From positions 911,050 to 965,289 of the forward strand of contig NW_008246073.1 in the NCBI RefSeq assembly GCF_000281045.1: 54,240 nt of DNA. The letters are read 5' to 3'. Of this stretch, positions 36,346 to 48,400 are shown piece after piece; positions within the stretch are counted from its first letter, which is position 1; the number at the start of each line of letters is the position of its first letter. A model generated the notes under the pieces. It was not told the origin of the DNA, ran no database searches, and saw nothing but the letters and a program-made list of their open reading frames with translations. The translations under genes were made by a program, and so were the position numbers. Source of the stretch: Saprolegnia diclina VS20 (taxonomy: Eukaryota).

Positions 36346-38347
36346 CTAGTGGTGGTACGAGTGGTTGTGAGCCTCGCCGTACTGCTGCTGCACGACGCGC
36401 TGAGCGAGGCCAAAGACGCGACTCGCGAGCTCTTCGTCGTCGACGGACCAGCGCATGTTGATGGACCAGTCGGTGCTCACGTCGACTTGCACGGACCCGA
36501 CTTCGACGCTCATGGGCCGGCGCTCGATCGGGTACTTGGCGACACCCATCCACTGGTGCAGCGCGTGGTAGATGCCATCGTGCACGTCGCTCACGTTCGC
36601 TTGCATCTCTTCTTCCGGGTCGTCCGAGTCGGGGGCGTCGTTCACGAGGAGGTCCTGGAGCATGAAGCTTGCGCCGCCCGACCGCTTCTTGAACTCTTTC
36701 GGGCGCTTGGAGATCGCCGACGATTTCGGGTACTTCCACGAGTGGTCGTACTCGAGCGTATGGCGCTTCTTCTTGAGGCGGCGGAGACTGCTCTCGCCAT
36801 AGACCGCCATCTTCTTGCGCGGCTCGGCCACAAGGAGCGTCGTCATCGGGCCGCGGTTGAACGCGACGTTGGAGCGGACGCGGACGCCAATGTCTCGTGG
36901 GACACTGAGCACGAGGTCGTCATCGCCAAGGACGGAGAAGGGCGTGAGTCGGCTCGCGCTTGGAATTGCCTCGTGGAAGCAGGCGATGTGCCCGTCGTCG
37001 ACGCCGGCCAAGACCACGTGGTGCCGCGGGCTGAGCTGGCGCGTGAGCTCGGCCACGTCGCGCGCGTCGACTTCTTCGCCGCTCGGGAGTTCGTGCACGC
37101 GGCAGGTAATGGACGCATGGAAGGCCTTGGAAAGCTCGGCGCACACTTCGTTGTTGAGAAACGAGCGGTTGATCGTGCCCTTTGTGCAAAACTCGGAGAG
37201 CACGAGGAGGTTGTTGACGTGCTGGCCAATGGCTTGGAGCGCCGCCGCCGTGTCACCGGCCGTGAGCGACGCGCCTTCCGAGAAGACGATCATGGGCGTG
37301 TGTGGCTCCTGGAGCGTCTGGAGACTCGGGAGCTTGTAGACAGGCAGCCGCGTCCGGCGGCCAAATGCGTCCGTGTACGAGTCGAGAAGCAGTGCGTGGT
37401 AGAACGGGTTGGCTTGCTGGTGCAGGAGCGTGTCGGACGTGACGTACAAGGGCACGTGCGTGAGCTCCATGCGCACCCAGTAGTCGGTGAGCAGCGAGAG
37501 AATGTCGTGGAAGAAGCAGCCGACGCCAAAGACCGGGATCACGACTTTGCCCTTGAGGTTGATCACGTCATGAATGACCTTGCAAAACTCGCGCTCGATG
37601 ACGGTCCGCGTCTCGGAGACTGTCACCGAGTAGTTGCCGCGGATGAGCGCAATGTGCGGTGGCCGCGGTGGCAAGCTCGCGGGCAAGAGCACGCGCGAGC
37701 CGTGGAGGTTGAACCCATCGACAAACACCACCTAGCGTCCATAGTGTCATCATGGCCGTTGACAAGAGAGAAGTAGGATGCTGATGTCATCATATTACCT
37801 GCGTGCCGTCGACCTCGATCGTGTAGAGGGCGCCACCGGCGACGTGGCCGGCGCGGTGGGCCGTGATCGTGATTTGTGTGCCACGCGGGTCCGTGTGCAC
37901 GCATGGCTGGTCGAACGCGAGCGACGAGACGGCCGCGATCGCGCTGTCGTTCAAGAACGACACGTTGCAGTCGCCGCCTTTGGTCTCGCGCAGAATGTGC
38001 GGTAGCAGCGCGCGCGTCGCGTGCGTCAGAAAGACCGTTGGCGGCGGCACCTTGTTGGTCTTGTCCTTGTTGCGCCGGTTGTGGTGCGTGTTGTAGACAG
38101 AGAGGAACGGCGGCAGCATGCCGCAGCTCGAGATGCGCCAGTCCGTGATCAAGACGGCGCTCACAATGCTACCTTGCGGCAGCCCCATCGTGGTCATGGA
38201 CGTGATCGCGGTCGGCGCCGCCGGCGACGGGTCGCCGCAGTTGAGCAAGATGTACGTCTCGCCCACGCGGAGGAGCGCGCCCTGCACCGAGCCCGCGAGC
38301 TTGATGATCGACACGAGCGCATGCGACGCGCTGCTCGACGGGTTCAT
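36346..38347 (-). CDS. Metallo-beta-lactamase/beta-CASP protein lacking catalytic His residues (INTS9/CPSF100-like); intron 37732-37798
   Basis: 'ILLNCG', '[16 protein letters not shown]' (at the HxHxDH position), 'VFLTHAT', '[11 protein letters not shown]', '[11 protein letters not shown]', '[14 protein letters not shown]'. Confidence 0.75.
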
Positions 38348-38358
38348 CTGACCGACCC

Positions 38359-38637
38359 CACGTGCTCGTGTTGTGCTGCCAATTCTGTCACGTGGAAAAT
38401 ACACGTGGAAAATACACAGTGTGTGTGAAAAAGGCGCGGTTGCGCACCATACGACCACGGCCTTGGCCAGAGCGCCGCCTGCAAGCAACACACATTAGCA
38501 TTATTGTCTACCTCGCATTCTTTTTGTACTATAATGTGCTATCGGATATGACGGCGGCGCGACGGCGAGAAGCACCTCACATCGAGAGGAGTGTAAATAT
38601 TCATTTATGAAGGTTGCTCGATGGTGTTTTTCACGTG
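38359..38637. promoter_or_regulatory. Cluster of four CACGTG E-boxes, including a CACGTGGAAAATA direct repeat, in a divergent promoter
   Basis: CACGTG at 38359, 38389, 38402 and 38632. Confidence 0.45.
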
Positions 38638-38717
38638 GTATTTCGTGGTAAACTGCGAAAAGACATGTTTTCGCCACACGTCGCTGCACCCGGCAGAACC
38701 GGAAAGCCGAGCCGCCA

Positions 38718-38936
38718 ATGAATTCCGGGAAGACGCCCCACTTCCGCCTCCAGCCGCGCATCCGCCGCCGGACGCCGCTGCTGGACGTCGCGATCGCCGT
38801 CGTCCTCGGCGGCGTCTCGGGCGTCTACATCTTCAACGACACGCTGCGCAAGGTGGGCATGCCGCCGGGCATTGAGACGCCGGCGCCGGCCGCCGACGCA
38901 CCCGCCGCGACGTCCTCGCCTGCGCCCGAGGCATAG
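38718..38936 (+). CDS. 72-aa single-TM microprotein (PIGBOS1/Ecm19-like)
   Basis: Coding-like GC3 bias; basic stretch, then 'LLDVAIAVVLGGVSGVYIFNDTL', then a Pro/Ala tail. Confidence 0.6.
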   Translation: MNSGKTPHFRLQPRIRRRTPLLDVAIAVVLGGVSGVYIFNDTLRKVGMPPGIETPAPAADAPAATSSPAPEA

Positions 38937-39049
38937 ACCGCTTTGTATATCGTAATAGAACCCGTTGGCCTGCGTCGAACATAGCTGCGACAGAGGTCAT
39001 CGATCGTATGTGTACTAGGATGAGGTGGAGGAGGTATGGGTCTCGCGCG

Positions 39050-40130
39050 CTAGTGCTGCGTCTGCCACCCGTCTTCGTCTTGCGAAAAGCTGCTCGACCG
39101 GTTCTTCTTTGGCTGCTCGCGGACCGTCGGGTCGCGCGTCCATGCGCCGCGGGTCGACGTCGCGTTGCCATCGCGCTGCTTGCCCCGGGACGTGTTGGTA
39201 CGGTCCATGTTGGACGACCGATGGCCGCTCTCGCGCGTATGGCGTGGGTGGGCGCTCGGCGTCTCGCCTGTGGGCGTGGCCTCGCTCTCGTCGGTCGTGC
39301 GGACACCCTTCTCGCCCGTGCGCCACACCGTCGTGTTGCGGAAGCTCGAGTTGTCGTTGAGCGACGTGTCGTGGCGCTTGTACTCGAGCACGACAAACTG
39401 CGGCAAGTTGAGCAGCTTGCGCATGGTATCGCTAGGTTTCCACTCGGACAAGCGCGTCAGAATCGCCAAACGTACCGTATTCTGTAGCAGGCTTCGTTGT
39501 TGTCGGCGTTCCGGTTCCAAAGCGAGATGATATCCTCGTTGTACCGAATGGACATGACGGCGCCGCAGATCTCGTTGCCGACGTCGAATTGCTCGCCAAT
39601 GATCGCCAGCACCTACACGCACATATGCATCGTACGCGCGCCAAGACGAGAGAGAGAGGCGTACGAGGTCTTCCCAGTAGCGCGACGAGACACCCTTGCG
39701 AATGCGAATCATCCACTTGCCGCCACGACGGTTCGCCGCGTCCTACAATGGTCAAGTGTTGGCACCATGCATGCTGCTCGCGTCGTAGTACCTCCCACAT
39801 GGGCTTGATGCCCGTCTTGAAGAGGTGGTAGTCGGTTGTGTTGGGGAGATCGTTGGGCCGAATGAGGTGGTTGTACAGGCGCCAGAAGCCCTGCACGGTC
39901 TTGAACTCGCCAAGCTCCTTGATGCTCTTCTCGTAGCTCTCCTGGTCATCCAGCTGATAGAGATAGTAGGGTGTGATTTTCGTCGGCCACATACCGCCGC
40001 CTTCCCGCCCGTGTTCTTCTTCATGTACCAGAAGCAGTACGAGTTCTGGATCGCGGTCTCTCCTGCGCCACCATCGCTGCCATGAGCCACGGCCATGGGC
40101 GGCAACGCTCGTACCTTCGGCGTCCGCCAT
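39050..40130 (-). CDS. EIF4E2: Class II eIF4E (4EHP/nCBP-like); 5-6 exons
   Basis: Spliced MADAE/GETAIQNSYCFWY...ESYEKSI...TVQGFWRLYNHL...LFKTGIKPMWE/DAANRRGGKW...RYWEDL/VLAIIGEQF...ICGAVMSIRYNEDIISLWNR; Tyr at the W43 and W56 positions. Confidence 0.9.
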
Positions 40131-40376
40131 CGCTAGTCTCGTCGTCGCCGCTGCTGTGGCAAGAATTCTGTTCAAAAACACGGGCGGCCGTCGCTCGGCG
40201 CCACTGTACAAACGAATATTTACGAAAAACGATATGTTTTTACAGGTTATTTGCGCCACAGTACGTGGCACGCCCACGTACATGTCATTTTCCGTCGCCG
40301 TTCATACAACAGCAATATATGCACTAAGAACTCGTAGCTCGCAGCTGGTAGGTAGCGTGTAGTCGGTGCATTGACA

Positions 40377-41707
40377 TTAGTGTGCAAATATGCTCATGGA
40401 CGTGTCCTCAGTCGGTCGTCGTGGCGTGTGGGGTGGCTTGGCGGTCTCGGGCGGCTCGTGCTCCATGCGATCGTGCATGTCGGCAAGCTTGTGGTTGACC
40501 GAGGTAAGTACCTTGTTGTAGTCGCCAATGTGCCCGCCAAGCATCGCCGAGACGGACGCAGCGTACTTTTGCTCGGCCTCGAGCGCCGCGATGCGCTGTG
40601 CCTGGTCGCTACAGCGCTGCGCCATTTCTTGCTGCAGCTCCGACACCTGCATTTCGTGGGCGTCGAGGCTCGTCACAAACTCGGAGCGAAGTGCGTCCAG
40701 CTCTCCGAGGACGTCATCGAGCTGGGTTTCCTTCTCGAGCCGCAACCTGCGCTGGACTTCGGCGTCTTCCGCTGCCTCGTGGAGCCGGCTTTCGGTGGCG
40801 CGTAGCATGCTGACATGGGTCTCGAGCTGCATAGCGATCGACTGCACCGACTCGGTCAGCTTGGTGTTTTGCTCTTGGACATGCCGCAGCTCCGTCTTGG
40901 TCGTTTTCAAGTCGCGCTCGAGTCGCTAGGTATGTGAACTTTTGTCGAGAAGTTGAATGGTAGAGGCTCCTCATGTACCTCATAGCGGTGGGCGTCTTGG
41001 GCGATCGTGCTCGTGGCGGCAGCGACCTTGTCCTGCAGCTCCTTGATCGTCGCAGATTTGTCGGCGCCGCGCTTGGCGTGGTGGGCAGCCTCGCGCTTCG
41101 CCTTGGCTGCTTGATCTTCGATGGATCGAAGCTGCGCAGCGTGCTGCGAGAGCGTCTCTTCCCATAGCTGCCGTACGCGCTTCGCATCGGCTTCGGTGCG
41201 TTCGAGAACGTCGTCGCGCTCAGCTGTCGCGTGGGCGACAGTGACCTTGGCACGCTCGACCTCTTGCTCAAAGTGAAAGATGGTCCGGCGCGCGCGGTCG
41301 GCCTCGGCCTCGAGGTCCTTGATGATGTCGGACAAGGTCGCACAGCGCTCGTTGGTCTGGCGCTCGTTGTGTTCGGCGCGCGCCATGCGTTCGGTGAGCA
41401 CCTCGATGCTGCCGTGGGCTTCCCGCACCTTTTCCTTGAGATGGATCACGTCGCTTTGTAGCTTTTGGTTCTCGACGAGGCAGCGCCGCTGCATCTCGTT
41501 GCCTTCCATGAGGACGCGCGCCGCCTTCTGCTGCTCGTGCGACAGCTTGCGTTCGACCTCGCGCTTCTCAGCACGCAGCGTCTCGCACTCACCTTGGAGG
41601 CGCTGGATGACCATCTGCAGCGGGTTCGACGACGATGATCGCGTTGTCACGGGCGGCGTCAGCGGCGGCGACGACCGGGCGGGCGGCGGCGTCATCAGCT
41701 CCGCCAT
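40377..41707 (-). CDS. Uncharacterised coiled-coil protein; 2 exons (intron about 40927-40978)
   Basis: Heptad-rich E/K/Q/A/L ORFs at 40907-41707 and 40377-40910, joinable via GTACAT...CTAG. Confidence 0.7.
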
Positions 41708-42906
41708 GCCACTCTGGTCGGACGCAAAGGCGCGAGCTAAAAATACCTGTGATTGGCCACTTGTTCGATTTGGCGGGACTTTAATTCGTGTGTACCGCCG
41801 TCTTGCTTAAAGTATACAGTAACACTAATTGACGTGTACTGCATTCGATGGTTTGAGTTACGGAATAGTATCCGGAAAACGTCCAGGCCGGTCGACAAAC
41901 AACCGATGAGACGGCCTTGGACACCTCGCTAGCGTATCGCATTCACGTCCTTGAGCACTGCGTTTTCCTTTTGCTCAAATTGGATCACGAGCGACAGCAG
42001 CTAGCAGGCGTCGAGCGCTCGATCGTAGCCGCTGCGCACTGCGCTTCAACCGCCAACCGTGCGGTCTCCAGGCGATCCTAGAGTGTTTATTTGGACGCGA
42101 GCTCAAAGTCCTTGAGCTGTAGCTGCGTATCGAGCGCCGTCAAGCGAGTTGGCATCCCGGCCGTCGTGCTGCATGGCCGTTCGCGCTTGGTCATCGTATT
42201 GGTTGAGCAAATACTGTTGTGTGACGCAAAATGGCTGCTACGATCGAAGCGATTCACACCGCAACGAAGGAAACACCCGTGCCGATCACCTCAATCTTGA
42301 AGGACGACGAGAGCAATTCACCAAGGGATCATTGCGACACTGACGCAAACCAGGAATCACCCGCATCCCACAGTTGGCACCACGAAAGCGCGCCACGTCA
42401 TTTTTTACGGCACAGGATTGGCGGAAACGATCTGGCGATCCTTGAAGATACAACCGAATACGAGCGAGTACCTTGAACGAAGCTGACGCAACGCGCCGAT
42501 CAGGTAGATAGGTCTTGCCTTCGCCACCGACGGGCCACTACGTGGGGTATTCGAACCGGCCTCGCAGAGTCGTCAGCGGATCGCAAGCGTGACGCGCCCC
42601 GCATCGATGCAAGCGTCGTCGCTGGTGCTGCCAGGACCCGAGACGTCAGCAGCTCGACTTTCAAGGACACGTCCATATTCAATGTCCCCGCAATACCAAA
42701 CATATCTTGCCAGGTCTCTTTGGCCGCGTCGACCATCTCCACGGCGCTGCATTGCTCACGCCGTAGCCTATCCCCTAGCACATCGCTGTCAAGGGACAGC
42801 TACTTAGTACATCTCACGCAATGCAGACACACTGCGTCACGCGCTTCAAGGTACTTCCGAACGCCAGCTGGCCGCCAACTCTGCTAGCCCTCGCTCGCTG
42901 TCACGG

Positions 42907-42923
42907 GCTCACTTTTGCTTTTG
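42907..42923 (+). promoter_or_regulatory. Oomycete INR+FPR core promoter element
   Basis: GCTCACTTTTGCTTTTG about 20 nt upstream of the ENT ATG at 42943. Confidence 0.55.
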
Positions 42924-42942
42924 CTTTTGCTTTCTCGCCTCG

Positions 42943-44277
42943 ATGCTCGACCAGTCGCCGCTCACCAAGGTGTACCTCGTCAACGACGACGGCCTCGCGC
43001 TCCCGACGCACGTCCTCGAGTCGCTCGCGGCCCACAAGCGATTTCTCTGGTGGTCGCTCCTCTTCCTCAACGCGTCGTGTCTCTGGGCGTACTACACGTG
43101 CTTGTCGGCCCAAAACTACTACCAGTCGCGCTTTGCGTCGACGTCCTTCAACTTTGCGTATCTGACGACGCCCGTCTCGACGTGGCCCATGTTTGTGGGC
43201 CATTTGGTGCAGATCCTCTTTGGCCTCGACAAGAAGCTCGGGCTCTGGCGCCGCGTGTGCATCGGGTACAGTCTCTACGCGCTCTGCGCGATCGCGATTT
43301 TGCTCCAAGACGCCTGCGACGCATCGCCAGAGTCTGGCGCGATCGTCGTCCTGGTCGCGTTTGGCGTCGTCGGCTTGACCAACTCGCTCGCGGAAGCGTC
43401 GCTCTACAGCCTCTCGGCGCTCTTTCCGGACGCGACCTTTACGAACGCGGTCCAGCTCGGCAATGGCACGTCCGGCTTTCTCAACGTTACGATCAGCACG
43501 CTCATCCAGCTCTGCGTCGGCGGCTTGCACCCGCTTGCTTCCGAGACCGCGTCGATCCAGAAGGTCTCGTTCTACATCTTCTTTAGCATCCTCATTGTCG
43601 TGTGCGGCGCCGCAGTGTGTGTCTTCCGCAAGGTGCTGTCGCTGCCCGGCGTCGCGTACCTCATGGCGGCCAACGACGACGCGACCGCCGCGCGCGAGGC
43701 CGAGCCGCTGCGCGTCCTGTGGGGTCGCCTGTGGCGCATCGCAGGCGTCATCGCTGTGCCGTTTGCGTGTCAGTTTGTCATCTTCTTGTGCTCGCTCACG
43801 GCCTTCCCGGGCATTGGCATTTCGTCTGGCTTCCAGCTCGCGGGCGCTGCGACGTGGGGCGGCTGGTACGTCAACGGCGTGCTCTTGAGCTACAACTATG
43901 GCGATTTTTTCGGCCGCCTTCTCGCGCCAAGTGCGTACAAGTACTTTACAATCAAAACGTGCTTGCTCTGGTCGGTCGCGCGCTGGCTCTTGTTTGTGTG
44001 CTTGCTGCTGGGTCTCCCCGGCGGCGGCCAGAACCCGCTCTTTTGCATGGGTGCCGCCCACGACTTCAACATTTTCTGGCAGCTCTTTGTCAACTTTGCG
44101 CTGGGCATGACCACGGGCATCCTCAGCACGATCACGATCGGGCTCGGCCCACGCTTGGTGGCCCAAGAAGACCGCGAGTCGGCTGGCGCGATCCTCGTCC
44201 TCGGACTCTTCCTCGGGATTTCGTCCGGCGCGACTATGGGCTGGCAGTTTGGCCAGAACCATTGGCTCGGCGCTTGA
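42943..44277 (+). CDS. Equilibrative nucleoside transporter (ENT/SLC29)
   Basis: About 11 TM segments; 'ASLYSLSALFPDATFTNAVQLGNGTSG', 'SLTAFPG', 'YNYGDFFGR', 'DRESAGAILVLGLFLGISSG'. Confidence 0.92.
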   Translation: MLDQSPLTKVYLVNDDGLALPTHVLESLAAHKRFLWWSLLFLNASCLWAYYTCLSAQNYYQSRFASTSFNFAYLTTPVSTWPMFVGHLVQILFGLDKKLGLWRRVCIGYSLYALCAIAILLQDACDASPESGAIVVLVAFGVVGLTNSLAEASLYSLSALFPDATFTNAVQLGNGTSGFLNVTISTLIQLCVGGLHPLASETASIQKVSFYIFFSILIVVCGAAVCVFRKVLSLPGVAYLMAANDDATAAREAEPLRVLWGRLWRIAGVIAVPFACQFVIFLCSLTAFPGIGISSGFQLAGAATWGGWYVNGVLLSYNYGDFFGRLLAPSAYKYFTIKTCLLWSVARWLLFVCLLLGLPGGGQNPLFCMGAAHDFNIFWQLFVNFALGMTTGILSTITIGLGPRLVAQEDRESAGAILVLGLFLGISSGATMGWQFGQNHWLGA

Positions 44278-45447
44278 TGCAGTCGCAAGTTACTCGAGAG
44301 CGAGGACAATGTGTCGTCGTAATATAGTGTGAATATATGAAATAAGGTCCGAGTTGCGCTACTAGTACGTTATACTGGCAGCGGCCAAGCGATACATAGG
44401 AGCATTGCTCTGCCGACCCGCCGTTCTCGGCTCGCGCAAAGGCTGCATGCGAAAAGGCGACTCCGAGTGCCACGTCATGAAACGCCCGGAAGTGATTGGG
44501 TGAAACCGTCAAGATGAGACAATCTCATTCATGGTGATGGCAGCCGACACAAGGTCTCGGTGGGCCGGCGTCCTTACCAGCGTCAAAAGCACACAGTTGG
44601 CAAGGTGTCGTCTATAGTTTATTCTGTCTTATGTGGAACCTCTCGTAGGCATCTATGTATTCCTGACGTGAGTCAAAGTAACCCTCACGGAATTATCCTT
44701 GCTCGGACGACGGCGTCTTGTCGACTCGTTGTCGAGGATACACGCCTCAACACCGTGCTAGGGCCAGTGGTGAGCCTCGCCAGCTACGCTTTGCGCCCGT
44801 TCGACAAGCGACAGATGATCTCGAGACGGTCCAAGTGACAAAATATCGGTGGTCGACCGCTTCTTCACGACCGACCGCTGCGCTCGACCTTTCGGGCTTG
44901 GTGCTCGTTTGCTCCATGCCGCCTCCTGGCGCCTTGCGTCTTTAGTGAGCCGGCCAAAAGGGAAAATTCCCTGCCTATCAACAAGACGACAACCCTCCTG
45001 CTCGCGGCAGAGCATCCGTCGTCTTGCGTGGGCCCCAAACTTTTGCGATCTATTGGCGTCTTGGTCGGACATGGATGACAATGACACTGACAAGGACACT
45101 GGAGCTGCGTCTGGCGCTTTTGGGGTCACTAGACCAGACGTTGGCACGTCGGTGCTTCTCGTTCTCCTCGTTCTACGTTGCGCGTACGTACCTGGCCGTG
45201 CGCCACGATTCTCATATTCACCGTCGCGCCGTCATGACAGTCACTCGGGCGTCCTACGTCACAAGGTGTTAACACCAATATGACTAGTATCCTCATAGAC
45301 AATGACAAGACTGACGAGAGAACGGACACGCTTTGTGCTGGATTAGGGTTTAGGTAAGGGACGAATAGGTCAACGCGAACGCAGCTTCGGTCGCTGCGCC
45401 TCGTGCGCTTTATGTTTTGTGTGGCATAGATAGTAGTGTAGGACTTG

Positions 45448-48400
45448 TTAAAACTCGGGGTCCCACTCGGTCACGGAAATGTTCGAGTCGCGGGCCGAGC
45501 CGTAGCTGAGGCAGCTGAAGCGCGGCGACCCGTACTCCATGTCGTCTTCGAACGGCTTGCTGCTGGTGGCACTCAGTGCGGCCGCCGCCGAATTGAGCCC
45601 CGCCGACGTACTGCTCGTACTTGGCTTGGTGCCCTTGTCCGAGAGAAGCGAGTTGGTCGAGCTGGCGCGGGACCGGAACGGCGCGAGGTCCTCAATCTCA
45701 AAGTCCGAGTCGTCCATGTGCAGGCTCATGCGTTCAAAAAACTTGCCGCGCTCCGCAAACGACTCGCGGCCAGCCTTCATCGAGAACGAGCTCATGCGCC
45801 CGCCTTCCTCGTACGCCGTCGCAAAGGCCTCTTCTTGCTCGATCGTGAACGTCACGTGGTACTGCGCCTTGAGGTGCTCGACCTGCATCTCGGCGATCGC
45901 GAGCGCTTCGTCGAGCTCGGCGAGCTCGGCCTCCTTCTCGGCCATGAGCGAAATCAGCGACTTGATCTGCTTTTGCTTGTTTTCGATGCTCTTGAGCTGC
46001 ATTTCCGTCTCTGTCTCGAGGTGCGACTGCTGCTCGTGCGCGAGCTTGAGCGCTGTCGACATCTCCGTGTAGCGCTCTTCCAGCACCTTGACTTCGGCTT
46101 GGAGCGCTTCGATCTCGGCCGCGCACACAGCGCGAACCGCCTCTTCACGGCGATCGAGCTCGACGAGCAGGTCGTCGACTTCCTGCTGCTTGGCGCAGAG
46201 CGAGTTGAAGAGGAACATCTCCATCTTGGCCATGTCCGGGTTGGCCAACAACATCGACGTGGTCTGCGGGTTTGCAGCCACCAGCATCGTCGACGTCGGT
46301 GCCGGCTTGTCGAGACTCGGGTTGGTTTTGGCCGCCAGCTTCTTGGACAAGTGCTCGATCGTCTCGGTTTTGCCGAGGACTTCGGCGCGCAGCGCGTTTA
46401 CGTCGCACGCGCGCTCGTACAGCTCCGTCTTGAGGTCATGCAGCTCTTCGTCGCGCTTCTTGAGGATGTGCTGGAGATGGACCGTCGATGTCGACTCGGC
46501 GCTTTTGAGGACATCGTCTTCGAAGCGAACCCTCTTGACGCACTCGTCGGCCGGCATCGGGTTGATCGTCGGCGCCAGCGCGTCTTCGAGCTGCCGCCGC
46601 AGGTCCTCGATCGTCGCCTCCAGCGTCGAAAGCTCGGCTTCCTGCGCTGCGATCTTGGTCTTGGCTGCCGTCAGCGCGTCCGAGGCAGCGGCATCGGTGC
46701 TCGACGTCTTGGAGAGCGCAACGATCCGGGCCTTCAACGATGCAATCTCGTCTTGGGCCTTGGTCGACGCGGCCCGGAGCTGCGTCGCGTGGGCTTGTGT
46801 CGCGGTCTCGAGTGCCTGCGTGAGCTCCGCCACATGGTTGGCCTCGTTGCTGTCGCTCGTCGCAGAGACCAGCGCGGCGCGGGCCGCCGAGAGGTCCTTC
46901 TCCCGCGCCGCGACCGCACTCGTGAGCTGGGCCACATGTTCGTGGAGCGTTGCCACCTCCGCCTCGAGCTGCGTCACGGCCGTGTGCGCCTCCGTAAGCT
47001 GCGACGTCTTGTCCTTGAGCAGCACCAGCGTCGCATCGTGGGCCGCGTTGGCCGCCGCGTCGTTGGTCTGCGCGAGACGCTGGATCTGCGACTCGAGGTC
47101 CATCACGTCGGCATCGCGCTCCATCGCGGTCTGAAGCGCCATTTCGAGCTGGCTCTGCTGGGTCTTGGCTTCCTCTGCAAGCGCGTCCATGGCACGGCTC
47201 TGGTCGCGGAGCTGCGCCTGGAGCTCTGCAATCGTATCCAAGAGCTTGGTTTTCGAAGCGACGTTCTCCGGGTGCTCCTCGAACGCACGGATACCGATGG
47301 TCTTGATGTCGTGCCGCAGCTGCTGCGCAAAGTTGGCTTGCACTTGCGCATTCGACTTTTCAAATCGGTTGACAAGCGCTGCGACGCGCGTGGCCTTGGC
47401 GCGCGCTTCCTCCGAGAGCTCACTGCTTGCCGATGCCGTGTCGGCTTCGTCTTCGCGCAGAATCTCCTTGAGGTGCCAAATGATGCGCTGGGCAAAGAGG
47501 TTGACACTGGACGGCCGCTTGGGTTCGTACGTCTCGAGCCGGGACAGAAGCGCATGCTTCTCCTTCTCAAGACGCGCGACCGTCGCCTCTAATGACGCGT
47601 GCGCGGCCTCAAACTGCGTCTGCCACGTCGCATCGTTGGCCACAACTTCGAGCTTGAGCGCCTCGGTGGCGGCGTTGGCCGTCATCACTTGGTCAGACAG
47701 CGACACGCAGCGCGCCTCCTTCTCGACGACCGACGCCTCCAGCGCCGCAATCTTGGCGGCAAAGTCGGCTTCCATGGTCCGCAGCCGCTCCTGCAGCGCG
47801 TTACGATCGCGCTCGAGGACGTCGAGGCGTCTCGTGTCGGACGAGGTTGCCTCTTTTTGGTACTGGTACCCGCGCAGCGGCAGGTAGCCTTCGTCCGACT
47901 CGGACCCGCCGTACGAGTCGCCGCTACCGGTGCTGCGGCCCATCAAACTCACTTTGGCCTGCGGCGACGCGACCTCCGAGAGCTTTGGGTCGGCAAAGGA
48001 CGGCTTGCTCCGAGGGCCGAGCGACGACGACGAGACGGAGATGAGCTTGTCCTTGGTCGCTTTGCCAAAGATCTTGGACCCGAGGTGCGTGTATACGTAG
48101 TCGCCGCCCTCCTTCCAGTTGCCGTCCGATGTCTTCTTGGGCGTGTCGAGGAACGTCGCCGACCGCTGCTGCACCATGCTCTGGCTCGACGTCTTGGTCG
48201 GTGCTGTCGTCGCCTTGCGCGACTTGGCGTCGACGGTCGTTTGCCGAAAGATCTCGCGGCTGTTGGCGCGCGGCTTTTGCGGCTGCCCGTACGGCGACGG
48301 CGGGCCATATTGGTTCAAGACGCTGCCCTTGGCGTGGTTCATAATGCTCTCAATGTCCTCGTCGTCATTCATACGCTATACCGCATGAGTTCTGTCGCGA

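Noticed and set aside
35996..36739. 248-aa N-terminal extension on proteasome beta-1
   Set aside because: Runs through the promoter and an alternative frame of the neighbouring gene; the normal propeptide starts at ATG 35995
44300..45340. Short ORFs downstream of the ENT gene
   Set aside because: Lack coding codon bias and motifs
45445..47592. 715-aa plus-strand ORF, and similar long antisense ORFs at 982-2091, 10600-11877, 12103-13338, 21517-22644, 36340-37776 and 42901-44262
   Set aside because: Antisense shadows of real genes caused by high GC3 codon bias
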